Assembly (NCBI GenBank): GCA_022646745.1
Contig: CP060262.1
Span: 2,730,001-2,762,000, forward strand
Length of the DNA: 32,000 nucleotides
Reading direction: 5' to 3'
Origin: Planctomycetales bacterium
GTDB taxonomy: Bacteria > 4484-113 > JAFGCY01
The number at the start of each line of letters is the position of its first letter. Position 1 is the first letter of the stretch. Below the pieces are notes generated by a model. It was not told where the DNA came from. It worked only from the letters and a program-made list of their open reading frames with translations, and searched no databases. The position numbers and the translations under genes were made by a program. Shown in pieces: positions 16,300 to 26,089 of the stretch.

Positions 16300-17774
16300 A
16301 CTACCGCGGGACGCTGAAGCCGATCGGCATGTTCCTGCTGGTGCTCGTAGGCAGCCTGCTGGTGCCGTTGCTGCTCAGCCTCTATGAGGACCAGTCGGAA
16401 TATCCGACTAGGCTGGCATTCTTCGTGGCTCTCGGGGTGACAACCGCGATCGGTGCAGCCCTGCTGCTGTTCGCCCGGATATGGGCTGCTGGCTCCGACG
16501 ACAGTGAACAGCTGCACCGCAAGGAAGGTATGTTCATCGTCGCCGTGGGCTGGATTGTTGCCGGTATCCTCAGCGCGATCCCCTATGTAGTGGCCGGGGT
16601 GTTGCCATCCTGGATCGACGCCGTGTTCGAGTCGGTCAGTGGCTTCACCACCACAGGTGCTTCCGTGATCACCGAGATCGAGATCCTGCCGCGGAGCATC
16701 CTTTTGTGGCGCAGCATGACGCACCTGCTGGGCGGCATGGGAATCATCGTGCTGTTCGTTGCCATCCTGCCAGCGCTCGGCGTCGGCGGCAAGTTCCTCT
16801 ACAAGATCGAGGCCACCGGGCCCAGTGTTTCCGGCATCCATCCCAAGGCCGTTGACACCGCCCGCACCCTCTGGCTGATCTACATGGGCATCACCGTGAT
16901 CGAGATCCTCGTGCTCTGGGCCGCCGGGATGACCTTTTTCGATGCGGTCTGCCATGCCTTCGGCACGATGGCAACCGGTGGCTTCTCCACAAAGAACAAC
17001 AGCATCGCCGCTTACGGGACGCACATCCAGCTGATCCTGACCTTCTTCATGTTCGTCGCCGGTGTCAACTTCTCGCTCTATTACCAGGCCTGGCGCAAGC
17101 GCTTCATGTTCTGGAAGGACAGTGAATTCCGGCTTTACCTGCTTATCATCACCGTGGCATTCGTTGCCTTCTCCACGAACCTGCTGCACCAGCAGAGCTG
17201 GGACCTTTCCAACTTCGGCATCGTACTGCGCGACAGCATCTTCACGACGGTCACGATAATCACCACCACCGGCTTCGGTACGGTCGACTTCGAGCAGTGG
17301 ACCCTGCTGGCCCAGGGTGCGATCGTGGCGCTGATGTTCGTCGGTGGCTGCGCCGGGTCCACCGGCGGAGGCATGAAGGTCGTGCGTGTGCTGATCACGA
17401 TGCGCTGGGTCTGGAAGCAGATCGAGAAGTCATTCAGGCCAAAGGCCGTCCTGCCACTGCGTGTCAGCGGGCAGACCATCGACCGCGAGATCGAGGAAAG
17501 CGTGATTGGCTACATGCTGCTGTTCATGCTCTGGATCCTGTCCGGTGTGCTTTTGATGCTGGCCTGCAACCACGACATGATCACTTCAATCACTGCCTCA
17601 ATTTCTGCAGCCGCCAATGTCGGCCCAGCTCTTGGGATGGTCGGTCCGACGGAGAACTGGGCGCTTCTGCATCCCATTGCCAAGGTCTGGATGACGCTGC
17701 TCATGCTTGTCGGCCGCCTGGAGGTGCTGGCCATCTCAGTGCTGGTTCTGCCGGGATTCTGGCGCCGCTACTGA
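16296..17774 (+). CDS. trkH: Trk potassium uptake system membrane subunit (TrkH/KtrB family)
   Basis: It is a polytopic membrane protein with TTTG/TGGF selectivity-filter-like repeats (SGFTTTGAS, MATGGFS, TTTGFGT, STGGGMK). The GTG start overlaps the trkA stop (GTGA). Confidence 0.9.
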   Translation: MNYRGTLKPIGMFLLVLVGSLLVPLLLSLYEDQSEYPTRLAFFVALGVTTAIGAALLLFARIWAAGSDDSEQLHRKEGMFIVAVGWIVAGILSAIPYVVAGVLPSWIDAVFESVSGFTTTGASVITEIEILPRSILLWRSMTHLLGGMGIIVLFVAILPALGVGGKFLYKIEATGPSVSGIHPKAVDTARTLWLIYMGITVIEILVLWAAGMTFFDAVCHAFGTMATGGFSTKNNSIAAYGTHIQLILTFFMFVAGVNFSLYYQAWRKRFMFWKDSEFRLYLLIITVAFVAFSTNLLHQQSWDLSNFGIVLRDSIFTTVTIITTTGFGTVDFEQWTLLAQGAIVALMFVGGCAGSTGGGMKVVRVLITMRWVWKQIEKSFRPKAVLPLRVSGQTIDREIEESVIGYMLLFMLWILSGVLLMLACNHDMITSITASISAAANVGPALGMVGPTENWALLHPIAKVWMTLLMLVGRLEVLAISVLVLPGFWRRY

Positions 17775-17777
17775 GCT

Positions 17778-18098
17778 TCAGTCCTCCCTGCCGAGCTTCT
17801 CGAATTCACGCTGCAGCCGGCTGGCGAGGAATTCCTCTCCGGTGATCGCCATCCAGGTCTGCAGGGACTCCCGTACAAGGTTGTCATCCGGCATGCCCTT
17901 CATCGCCTCCTTGCGCAGCTGCATGAAGACATTGGCCAGCGCGATCCTGCCGAATTCCGTCAGTCGCCGCTGGCCGCGGGCAAGCTGCTCCATCCTGTCA
18001 ATGATGCAGATCAGGCTGCTCTGGATACTGTCTTTCGGTACTGCCATGGTGAACATACTGCATTTCCAGTTGGCTTCATTCACACAGAGAATACCCAT
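17778..18098 (-). CDS. Small hypothetical protein (start ambiguous: 18098, 18056 or 18047)
   Basis: The ORF is 89-106 aa and looks helical. I recognised no family. It lies directly downstream of the FG-GAP gene on the same strand. A CAGTAT -10-like hexamer lies 7 nt before the ATG at 18047. Confidence 0.4.
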   Translation of the reverse strand: MGILCVNEANWKCSMFTMAVPKDSIQSSLICIIDRMEQLARGQRRLTEFGRIALANVFMQLRKEAMKGMPDDNLVRESLQTWMAITGEEFLASRLQREFEKLGRED

Positions 18099-18156
18099 AC
18101 TTTATTGAGCTTGCCGATAACGCTGGTTAACTGGCCATTAACTGCGGGTTAAGCGC

Positions 18157-21015
18157 CTAGTCCGGGATCATCCCTTCGCGGTTTACACCGGTTTCCACCG
18201 GGCTGGGAGCTTCCTCCTCAACCGGCTCAGGCTCGCGTTCATCACCCATTTCACCCTGGTTCGTCTCGCTGATCACAAAGTGCTTGTTCGGCCGGCGGAT
18301 GAAGATGCTCTGGCGGATCCCGCCGGGGTAGGTGATCTCCACGTCAAACGGTCCACGGATGTCACCAAGCCCGAAGCAGGCCCGCAGCTCATTGCCGCAA
18401 CCGCTGCCGTTGCCACTCTGGATCTCGCGGATCAACTCCATCCCATCCGCCTTGATTGTCAGTCGCGCACCGATTGCACTGCGGTTGCTGAACTGCATGC
18501 CGGCCGGCGCGATCGCTCCGGTGCCCTTGCCCCCGCTGAGCGTGAAGCTGATCCAGTTGCGGGTCGGGCTGTCATTGCGCAGCAGGTGGCAGCCGCTGGG
18601 GGAGGCGATCGCCAGGTCAAGGTCGCCGTCGTTGTCGTAGTCCGCCACGGCAGCGCCGTAGGCATCCTGCACGCGGGTGTTGGAGATGTAGCTCAGGTCG
18701 ACGAAGTGCCCACGTCCATCATTAACGTACAGGTGGCTGCTGCGGCCGGGATAGATGCTCGTGATGAAGATGTCCTGCCAGCCGTCATTGTTGGCATCGA
18801 AGATCACCGGGCAGGCATTGGTGGAGTTGTAGGCGATATGCGCATCCTGGGTGCGGTCCTCGAAGGTGCCGCCTTCGCGCAGGTGGTTGATCAGCAGCAT
18901 GCTGCCATCGGATACATGCTCGAAGCGCGGGTTGCTCAGGTTGGCGACGAACAGGTCGAGGTCGCCGTCATTGTCGACGTCACCCATCGCGGAACCGATG
19001 CTGTTGCCCCAGTTGCCGTCCTTCCAGAACCCGGCGATGCCCCAGCGCCGTGCCAGCTGGCGGTAGCTGCCGTTCCCCATCGAGCTGAACAGCATGTTCT
19101 CCCCCAGTCGGTAGTTGCTGATGTACAGGTCAGGGTTGCCATCGTTGTCCATGTCGCCGACGCTGACACCACGTCCCGCCTGGGATTCACCGAGCGGCGG
19201 CAGCATGCCCTGCTGCTCAGCGTTGCGCACATTGAAACCGGTAGCGCCCTCATTGCGCAGCACGCTGTCCTCCTCCATGCGGATGCCGGTCGGGGATTCG
19301 AAGTTGACGGCGTAGATGTCCAGCAGGCCGTCATTGTCAAGGTCAACCAGTGCAGCCGCTTCAGTGGCGCGGCTGTCACCGCTGAAGCCGCTTACCATGC
19401 TGAAGCGGCCGGAATTGTTGATATAGACACGGTCTGCTTCGCGTCCATTGCCAAAGCAGTACAGGTCGTTGTCGCCGTCATTGTCCAGGTCGCCCGCCAC
19501 CGCACCCGCAGCATCCCCCTGCAGGCCGGATTCATCCGTGCGGTCGCGGAAGCGTCCCAGCTCGTTCATCAGCAGCACGTTGCCATCCAGCAGCAGGTCG
19601 GCGGAACCGTCCCCATCGACATCCACCCAGCAGACCCGCGCCGCGCGCTGCTTGTAGATCTCCGTGCTGATGGACAGGTCGCTGAACACGGGAATGGTTG
19701 ACACCTCGCTGCCATTTGGCAGCAGGCGGCTGGTCTCGTACTTCACTGTCTCCGGGTCCAGCTTGCCCTCCAGCTTCTTGAGCTTCTCGTCCGCCTGTCC
19801 GCTGTAGCGGTCAGCGCTGTCGCCCACGAAGGCCGCGCGCAGCAGGAAACGGTAGGCAGATTCGGAATTGCCCAGCCCGATATGCGCGTTGCCCGCCTCC
19901 AGCAGGAAGGGTGCCAGCGACTCCTCTTCATTCAGCGTGAACGGCTCTACGCCGATCACCGGGGTGACGAGGTCCAGCGCCTTGTCATACTTCCCCGTGC
20001 GGTTCATGTAGCGCGCCATGTTGTGGCGGCTGTACAAGTAGAGGATGAAGGTCTGGCGCTCCGCCGGCGGCAGGTAGGGCAGCTGGCGCGGCAGGTACTT
20101 CGTGGCGTTGTTGATCGTGCTCATGCTGGTCAGGTCGCCCGTGATTCCCAGTTCAAGCTCGAACAGCTCCATGCTGCGCTTCGCATGCACAAGGCCCTCA
20201 TCGACCGGCATGTCCAGGTCAAGCATGTAACGGCTGACTGCTCCGTGCGCCTCGGCGCTGCCGCCAAACTCGCCCAGGTAGGCAGCCGATGCCTTGCTGA
20301 ATTCCTCACGGTCATGCATCCGCCAGGCGGAGTACAGCCAGTAGCGGAAGGCCACATGCCGCCAGTAACTGCGCGGCCAGCCCGCGAGGAACTGGCTGAC
20401 GGCCTTGATCCGTTCCTCGTCATTATTGATCGAACCCAGCTCGGCGGCATCCGCCGCCGCCAGCCGCAGCACGACATGGCTGTCAGGGTAGCGCTCCAGC
20501 AGCTCGGTCGGGCGTCCCGGCCGGTTGCCACTTTCCTCATCCAGGCAGTAGGCCAGTTCGAGGATTAGCTGCGAGCGGTTCTTCACGCCGCCTGCCTTGG
20601 CTTCGTCGAAGATCCCATTGGCAGCGCCGTCCCGGCTGTTGCCGATCCTGCGGCGTTCCTCAGCGATCCAGTCAGCGCGCGAGTTCTCGCCGTTGGCCAG
20701 GTAGCTCGCACGCCATTCATGCAGCTTGGCATCAAGGAACCGGTCGTCGTCATCAATGTATTTTCCGGCCAGCTGCGCATACAGATCGGCCGCCTTCTGG
20801 TAGCGGTGCTCAGCCAGCATCGCCTCCGCCGCGGAGGAGATGAATGACAGCTCAGTGTTGCCGGCTGCCAGTTCCGCGTCAATCAGGTTGATCGCTTCGC
20901 TGCTCTGACCGCTGCGCCACAGCGAATTGATGCGCATCGCCAGGTCGGAGGATGCGCTGCACAGCAGGCAGGCGCAGGCCAGCAGGAGGGTGGGGAGGAG
21001 GCGGATTGCTTTCAC
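18157..21015 (-). CDS. Secreted CRTAC1/ASPIC-family protein: N-terminal TPR-like region, seven FG-GAP/VCBS Ca-binding repeats, C-terminal UnbV_ASPIC domain
   Basis: There is a signal peptide (MKAIRLLPTLLLACACLLCSA). Seven DxDNDGxxD-type loops are present (DVDGDGSAD, DLDNDGDND, DLDNDGLLD, DMDNDGNPD, DVDNDGDLD, DANNDGWQD, DYDNDGDLD). The C-terminal IGARLTIKADG...QSGNGSGCGNELRACFGLG block is typical of ASPIC/UnbV. Confidence 0.85.
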   Translation of the reverse strand: MKAIRLLPTLLLACACLLCSASSDLAMRINSLWRSGQSSEAINLIDAELAAGNTELSFISSAAEAMLAEHRYQKAADLYAQLAGKYIDDDDRFLDAKLHEWRASYLANGENSRADWIAEERRRIGNSRDGAANGIFDEAKAGGVKNRSQLILELAYCLDEESGNRPGRPTELLERYPDSHVVLRLAAADAAELGSINNDEERIKAVSQFLAGWPRSYWRHVAFRYWLYSAWRMHDREEFSKASAAYLGEFGGSAEAHGAVSRYMLDLDMPVDEGLVHAKRSMELFELELGITGDLTSMSTINNATKYLPRQLPYLPPAERQTFILYLYSRHNMARYMNRTGKYDKALDLVTPVIGVEPFTLNEEESLAPFLLEAGNAHIGLGNSESAYRFLLRAAFVGDSADRYSGQADEKLKKLEGKLDPETVKYETSRLLPNGSEVSTIPVFSDLSISTEIYKQRAARVCWVDVDGDGSADLLLDGNVLLMNELGRFRDRTDESGLQGDAAGAVAGDLDNDGDNDLYCFGNGREADRVYINNSGRFSMVSGFSGDSRATEAAALVDLDNDGLLDIYAVNFESPTGIRMEEDSVLRNEGATGFNVRNAEQQGMLPPLGESQAGRGVSVGDMDNDGNPDLYISNYRLGENMLFSSMGNGSYRQLARRWGIAGFWKDGNWGNSIGSAMGDVDNDGDLDLFVANLSNPRFEHVSDGSMLLINHLREGGTFEDRTQDAHIAYNSTNACPVIFDANNDGWQDIFITSIYPGRSSHLYVNDGRGHFVDLSYISNTRVQDAYGAAVADYDNDGDLDLAIASPSGCHLLRNDSPTRNWISFTLSGGKGTGAIAPAGMQFSNRSAIGARLTIKADGMELIREIQSGNGSGCGNELRACFGLGDIRGPFDVEITYPGGIRQSIFIRRPNKHFVISETNQGEMGDEREPEPVEEEAPSPVETGVNREGMIPD

Positions 21016-21021
21016 CGCAGT

Positions 21022-21027
21022 ATTTTA
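21022..21027 (-). promoter_or_regulatory. -10 box TAAAAT 6 nt upstream of the FG-GAP gene GTG; candidate leaderless promoter
   Basis: The minus strand reads TAAAAT-actgcg-GTG, with the start codon at 21015-21013. Confidence 0.45.
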
Positions 21028-21076
21028 TCCGTTGCAGGGCCATTGCTGGCAATCCCGTCCCTCTCCCGTGTTCGGC

Positions 21077-21082
21077 TAGAAT
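21077..21082 (+). promoter_or_regulatory. -10 box TAGAAT 6 nt upstream of the aspartokinase GTG; candidate leaderless promoter
   Basis: The sequence reads TAGAAT-tgtgcc-GTG(21089). There is no SD. Confidence 0.45.
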
Positions 21083-21088
21083 TGTGCC

Positions 21089-22351
21089 GTGCGCAGAGTC
21101 ATCAAGTTCGGGGGGACATCCCTCGCCACGCCGGAGCTGATCCGCAACGCTGCGGAACATGTCGCGCGCCTGGTGCAGTACGGTGAGCAGATCGCCGTCG
21201 TGTGCTCGGCCCCCGGCAATGCAACCAGCGAGCTGCTGAAGGCATACGATGCCGCCAGTGCCGGCAGCACGGACTTCGCCTCCGTCAGCGAGTTCGCATC
21301 ACTCGGCGAGGAGCAGAGCGTACAGCTGATGTGCGCCGCCCTGCGCAGCTTCGACATCAGCACCCAGCCCTTCCTGCCGCGCCACAGCGACCGCTGGCCG
21401 ATCATCGCCGACGTGGATGAAAGCATCCCGCTGAGCAAGGCCAAGGCCAATGAGGAACGCGCCATCACCCTGCGCACCCAGCACACCGTCGGCCGCTTCC
21501 GCCGCTTCATCCTGCCCCAGCTGCGGGTGGGCAGCGTGCCCGTGATCAGCGGCTTCTTCGTGCAAAGCAGCAGCGGCAAGGTGCTGGCGATGGGACGCGG
21601 TGGCTCCGATGTGACCGCATTCATCGTAGCCACCCATATCAGCGCTGATGAGGTCGTGATCGTGACCGATGTGCAGGGTGTGCTGAGCGCCGACCCGCGC
21701 CTGGCTGAGAACCCGCGCCTGCTGGAGGAACTCACTTTGAGCGACCTGGAGGTGATCAGTTCCGCTGGCACCCAGGTGATCCACCCACGCGCACTGAAGT
21801 ACCGCAATCCCGGCCTGCGCGCCCGCCTGATCGACTACCGCGAGCTGGACCGGCTGGACAGTTCCGGTACATCCGTGCTTGGCGCCAGCGAAACCACGCT
21901 ATACCGCAACCCAGATGAGCTGAGCATGCTTACACTCGTGGGTGACCTGACGGACCGTGTCGGCTTGCTCAGCGCGCTAGTGCAGTGGATGGACGAGAAC
22001 CACCTGAGCCCCGCCGCAGCCTCAACTTCCCGCCGTTTCATCTGCTACTACCTGCCCAGCGGCATCGCCGACAAGGCCTACTCCAGCCTGCACGCCAAGT
22101 TGACTAAAGAGTTCCCCGAGTTGACAAACATTAGCCTCAGGGGTAATGTAGGTGAACTTCGTTTGCGCAGTTCCCGCTTTATTGATGAACCCGGTGTGCT
22201 GGCCGAGGTCACGGGAGTGCTGGCGAACGCGAGAATTAATGTCCTCGAAGTTATTACCGGATTGACGGATATTTCGATATTCATTGCGTATGGGGACATG
22301 GATAAGGCGGAGAAGCTGCTCGGCCGCGTGCTGGAGCATTTTTCGGGGTAA
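21089..22351 (+). CDS. lysC: Aspartate kinase with C-terminal ACT domains
   Basis: Motifs present are KFGGTSL, VVCSAPGNATSELL, GRGGSDVTA...TDVQGVLSADPR and GTQVIHPRAL. The C-terminal ~130 aa looks like a regulatory ACT region. Confidence 0.88.
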   Translation: MRRVIKFGGTSLATPELIRNAAEHVARLVQYGEQIAVVCSAPGNATSELLKAYDAASAGSTDFASVSEFASLGEEQSVQLMCAALRSFDISTQPFLPRHSDRWPIIADVDESIPLSKAKANEERAITLRTQHTVGRFRRFILPQLRVGSVPVISGFFVQSSSGKVLAMGRGGSDVTAFIVATHISADEVVIVTDVQGVLSADPRLAENPRLLEELTLSDLEVISSAGTQVIHPRALKYRNPGLRARLIDYRELDRLDSSGTSVLGASETTLYRNPDELSMLTLVGDLTDRVGLLSALVQWMDENHLSPAAASTSRRFICYYLPSGIADKAYSSLHAKLTKEFPELTNISLRGNVGELRLRSSRFIDEPGVLAEVTGVLANARINVLEVITGLTDISIFIAYGDMDKAEKLLGRVLEHFSG

Positions 22352-22354
22352 GCA

Positions 22355-23491
22355 TTGGCTGTAAGAGTCGTAATCGCATCAGATGGCAAGAAGGGGCACT
22401 TCAACCAGAGCCTCGTGGCTGCGCGCATGCTCGGCGATGAGAACCCGATGGTTGTGAACCTGCGTAAGGACTTCAACGAGCTGCCCCTGCGCCTGCGCTT
22501 TGCCTCCATGGGACGCGGTGCCGTCACCCGTTCCGGTGCCCGCGGGCTCGTTGAGCGCAAGATGTTCGAGGAGCTGCCGATCGGGCTCACCACCCTCGGT
22601 AACGGCAAGCTGCCCCAGGACCAGGACCTGCGCATCTTCACAGTGTCCACCGGCACATCGGTGGCCACCGCAAACCTGGTGCTGGCCCGCATGCTGCAGG
22701 CTGATCCGATCGTCTGCATGACCCCCTCGCTCCTGCCCCGCAAGCATTTCCGCCTCAACCTGGTGCCACCGCACGACGTGAAGGACCGCGAGCACCTGCC
22801 GGAGAACATCATCGTCACCCCGGCAGCGCTGAGCTACCACGATGAGATCAAGGCCTTCGACATGGCCAACCAGCTGGCCCGCGACAACAACCTTGACCCT
22901 GATTTCGAGTACATCGCACTTGCAATCGGCGGGCCGAGCAACTCCGCCCCCTGGCGTGAGGAGACGGTGATCGAAGGCCTGAAGGAAGTGCTGAAGACGG
23001 CTGAGGTGCATGAGCAGAAGCTGCTCGTCAGCACCAGTCGCCGCACGCCGGACTGGTGCCGCAACTGGCTGATAGCCAACTACGTGGGAAACCCCGCTGT
23101 GTCCTATTTCCTGGATGCCAGCACATCCGACCTCAACCCGCTGCCCGGTTTCTTCGTGCTGGCGGACGGCGTGGTCGTGACCTGCGACAGCTTCAGCATG
23201 GTGGGTGAGGCGGTCAACAGCGGCCACCGCCCGATCGTGATCAAGGTCAACGAGCCGCCCCAGAGCGTGAAGGAAGCCGAGTTCAAGGTCGAGAAGCTTG
23301 ACAAGATGAACCGCGCAGTGATGAATCTCTCGAATGAGGGACTGGTGGACATCGCCAACGATGCCTTTGAGATCCGCGGCTGCATCATCCGCCGTTCACG
23401 CCGCAAGAAGCCGAACCTGCTCTACGAGCGCACGATGGACGAAGTGCGCCAGCGCCTCAACATCCCCGAGGAAGTCCCGGTCCAGTCCTGA
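22355..23491 (+). CDS. ELM1/DUF1022-family protein (putative GT-B-like enzyme)
   Basis: The N-terminal VVIASDGKKGHFNQSL resembles the SDGKAGHENQ signature of the ELM1 (PF06258) family. The TTG start lies 3 nt after the aspartokinase stop. Confidence 0.55.
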   Translation: MAVRVVIASDGKKGHFNQSLVAARMLGDENPMVVNLRKDFNELPLRLRFASMGRGAVTRSGARGLVERKMFEELPIGLTTLGNGKLPQDQDLRIFTVSTGTSVATANLVLARMLQADPIVCMTPSLLPRKHFRLNLVPPHDVKDREHLPENIIVTPAALSYHDEIKAFDMANQLARDNNLDPDFEYIALAIGGPSNSAPWREETVIEGLKEVLKTAEVHEQKLLVSTSRRTPDWCRNWLIANYVGNPAVSYFLDASTSDLNPLPGFFVLADGVVVTCDSFSMVGEAVNSGHRPIVIKVNEPPQSVKEAEFKVEKLDKMNRAVMNLSNEGLVDIANDAFEIRGCIIRRSRRKKPNLLYERTMDEVRQRLNIPEEVPVQS

Positions 23492-23493
23492 GC

Positions 23494-24648
23494 CTAGCGC
23501 GGCACCGGAATGCCGCCGATCAGGTTCTCCACGACCCCGTCGATCATGTTCCCCTCGATCTCGCTTTCGGGCGTCAGCAGGATCCTGTGCCTGAGCACAG
23601 GGGCAGCCAGGCTGAGCACCTCATCCGGTGTGATGTAGCTCTTGCCCCGCAGTGCGCTGAGCGCCTTGGCACCCTTCAGCAGCGCGATCCCGGCGCGCGG
23701 GCTGGCCCCGAGCGCGATGCTGCGGTGGCGGCGAGAGGCCCGCACGATGCTGATGATGTAATTCAGCACGCCATCCTCCACGCGGATCCCGTTGATCTCC
23801 CGCTCGATCTGCGCACGCTCATCCTCGCCCACCACCTGGCGGATGCCGGCGGCCTCGATGTCATGCGGGTTGAAGCCCTGATCGTAGCGGCGCAGGATGT
23901 TGCGCTCATGCTCCTCGGGCGGGTAGTCGATGCTGACCATCAGCAGGAAGCGGTCCAGCTGCGCCTCCGGCAGCGGGTAGGTGCCCTCGTACTCCACCGG
24001 GTTCTGCGTGGCGAACACCGTGAAGTGGCGCGGCAGGCCGTAATTCGTGCCGTCCACGGTCACCACGCGCTCCTCCATCGCCTCCAGCAGCGCCGCCTGG
24101 GTCTTGGGTGGTGTGCGGTTCACCTCGTCAGCCAGCACGAAGTCGCCGAATATCGGCCCCTTGCGGAAGGAGAACTGCCGCTCATTCATGTCGTAGATGC
24201 TGGTGCCCGTGATGTCACTGGGCAGCAGGTCCGGGGTGAACTGGATGCGGCTGAATTCGCCACCCAGTGCGCGCGCCAGGGACTTCACCAGGAGCGTCTT
24301 CGCCAGGCCCGGCACACCTTCAAACAGCAGGTGCCCGCCGGCGAACACGGTGGTCAGCATCAGCTCGATCACCTCGTCCTGGCCGACCACCGCCTTGGCG
24401 ATTTCCCGGCAGAGTGACTCCGCCGCCCGCTGGGTATGCACCGGCTTGCCCGAAGGAGCCGCGCTGCCCAGGTTCAGCGGGTTGGCAGCCGCCCCGAATG
24501 CCCCGCTGGCAGCATCATGCTGCGGCGAGCGCGGGTCGTCCGATTGCATCGCACCAAAGGGGTTGCGCGGGTCCGGCCGGCCGGCCGGATGGGTGTCGTC
24601 ACTGCCCCCGAGCGGATCGGGACCCTCGTATTTTCCGGAATCCTGCAT
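23494..24648 (-). CDS. moxR: MoxR-family AAA+ ATPase with a ~75-aa Gly/Pro/Asp-rich N-terminal extension
   Basis: MoxR signatures are present: GQDEVIE......GGHLLFEGVPGLAKTLLVKSLA....F.RIQFTPDLLPSDITG (Walker A), VLADEVNR (Walker B) and ATQNPVE.EGTYPLPEAQLDRF. Confidence 0.88.
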   Translation of the reverse strand: MQDSGKYEGPDPLGGSDDTHPAGRPDPRNPFGAMQSDDPRSPQHDAASGAFGAAANPLNLGSAAPSGKPVHTQRAAESLCREIAKAVVGQDEVIELMLTTVFAGGHLLFEGVPGLAKTLLVKSLARALGGEFSRIQFTPDLLPSDITGTSIYDMNERQFSFRKGPIFGDFVLADEVNRTPPKTQAALLEAMEERVVTVDGTNYGLPRHFTVFATQNPVEYEGTYPLPEAQLDRFLLMVSIDYPPEEHERNILRRYDQGFNPHDIEAAGIRQVVGEDERAQIEREINGIRVEDGVLNYIISIVRASRRHRSIALGASPRAGIALLKGAKALSALRGKSYITPDEVLSLAAPVLRHRILLTPESEIEGNMIDGVVENLIGGIPVPR

Positions 24649-24655
24649 CGGCTCT

Positions 24656-24664
24656 AGTTTAGCA
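24656..24664 (-). promoter_or_regulatory. Extended -10 element (TGcTAAACT) 7 nt upstream of the moxR ATG; candidate leaderless promoter
   Basis: The minus strand reads TGCTAAACT-agagccg-ATG, with the start codon at 24648-24646. Confidence 0.4.
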
Positions 24665-24721
24665 GGGAAGCCCGCTCCGCCTGACAGCGCAGGCCCTGAT
24701 TGCGGTTAACATATATGCCCC

Positions 24722-26089
24722 GTGGATGAAGTACACAACAGCAAGCAGGCGATCCCGCTCGACGCCAGTCTTCCGCCCCTGATCATCGGTGGCGGCCTGT
24801 CCGGCTGCGAGGCCGCGCTGCAGCTTTCCGCGCGTGGGATTGCCAGCGAGCTGTGGGAGATGCGCCCGACGGTGATGACCGAGGCGCATGTCTCCGAAGG
24901 CCTGGCCGAGCTGGTCTGCTCGAACTCCTTCAAGAGCGAGGACCCGGTGCGCGCTCAGGGCCTGCTCAAGCTGGAGCTGGACAGCCTCGGCTGCAAGCTT
25001 TTGCAGATCGCCCGCGAATGCCGCCTGCCTGGAGGGGCAGCTCTCGTGCTGGACCGCGAGCAGTTCTCGGCGAAGGTCACCGAAACGATTGAGGCTGATC
25101 CGCTGGTCACGCTCCGGCGTGAGCGCTTCGAGGAATTGCAGGCCCAGCTGGCAACCGGCAGGCTGGTGATCATGGCAACCGGTCCGCTCACCAGCGACGG
25201 CTTGTGGCAGCAGCTCAGCGAGCTGCTCGGCGACGGCGGCTGCTACTTCTATGACGCCACCTCTCCCGTAATCAGCACCAAGGGCATCAACCACGACGTG
25301 GTGTTTTCCCAAAGCCGCTATGACAAGGGTGGGGGGGATGACTACCTCAACTGCCCCTTCGAGAAGGATGAGTACGAGGCCTTCCGCGCTGCCCTGCTGG
25401 CTGCCGAGGTCTACCCGATCAACGCCGCCGACAAGTACCTGCTGTTCGAGGGCTGCCTGCCGATCGAGGAACTTGCCAACCGTGGCGAGGGCACGATGCG
25501 CCACGGCTGCCTGAAGCCCAAGGGCCTCGTTGACCCGCGCACCGGGCGCATGCCCTATGCCGCAGTGCAGTTGCGCTGGGAAGACGCCTTCCAGAATGCG
25601 ATGTCCCTCGTCGGCTTCCAGACCCGCCTGCGCTTCGGTGAGCAGGACCGCGTGTTCGCCATGATTCCGGGGCTGGAGCAGGTGAAGATCATGCGCTACG
25701 GCCGCATGCACCGCAACAGCTACGTGGAAGCACCGAAGGTGATGTTGCCAACTTTGCAGGTGCGCGAGCACCCGAACCTGATCATCACCGGCCAGCTCAC
25801 CGGGCTGGAGGGCTACATGTCGGCGATCAGCACCGGCCTGCTGGCCGGCATAAATGCCTCTCGCCTGCTCAGTGGCAACGATCCGCAGGTCCCGCCGGAG
25901 AAGAGCTGCCTCGGGGCGATGATGCAGTTCATGGTCAACCCCGGCCACAAGGAATACCGCCCGACGGCCTTCCAGTACGGCATGCTCAAGTGGCTGCCGG
26001 AAAAGATCCGTCGCGACCGCAAGGCCGACCTGATCAGGACTGAGGCGGAGGCGGCGTGGACAGCGATGGAATCGCTGGCAAGCAGATAG
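24722..26089 (+). CDS. trmFO: Methylenetetrahydrofolate--tRNA-(uracil54-C5)-methyltransferase (FAD-dependent)
   Basis: It has the FAD fold IIGGGLSGCEAALQL, plus LWEMRP, CSNS.K and GQ.TG.EGY.ES blocks typical of TrmFO/Gid. An AT-rich -10-like block (24707-24717) lies just upstream of the GTG. Confidence 0.9.
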   Translation: MDEVHNSKQAIPLDASLPPLIIGGGLSGCEAALQLSARGIASELWEMRPTVMTEAHVSEGLAELVCSNSFKSEDPVRAQGLLKLELDSLGCKLLQIARECRLPGGAALVLDREQFSAKVTETIEADPLVTLRRERFEELQAQLATGRLVIMATGPLTSDGLWQQLSELLGDGGCYFYDATSPVISTKGINHDVVFSQSRYDKGGGDDYLNCPFEKDEYEAFRAALLAAEVYPINAADKYLLFEGCLPIEELANRGEGTMRHGCLKPKGLVDPRTGRMPYAAVQLRWEDAFQNAMSLVGFQTRLRFGEQDRVFAMIPGLEQVKIMRYGRMHRNSYVEAPKVMLPTLQVREHPNLIITGQLTGLEGYMSAISTGLLAGINASRLLSGNDPQVPPEKSCLGAMMQFMVNPGHKEYRPTAFQYGMLKWLPEKIRRDRKADLIRTEAEAAWTAMESLASR

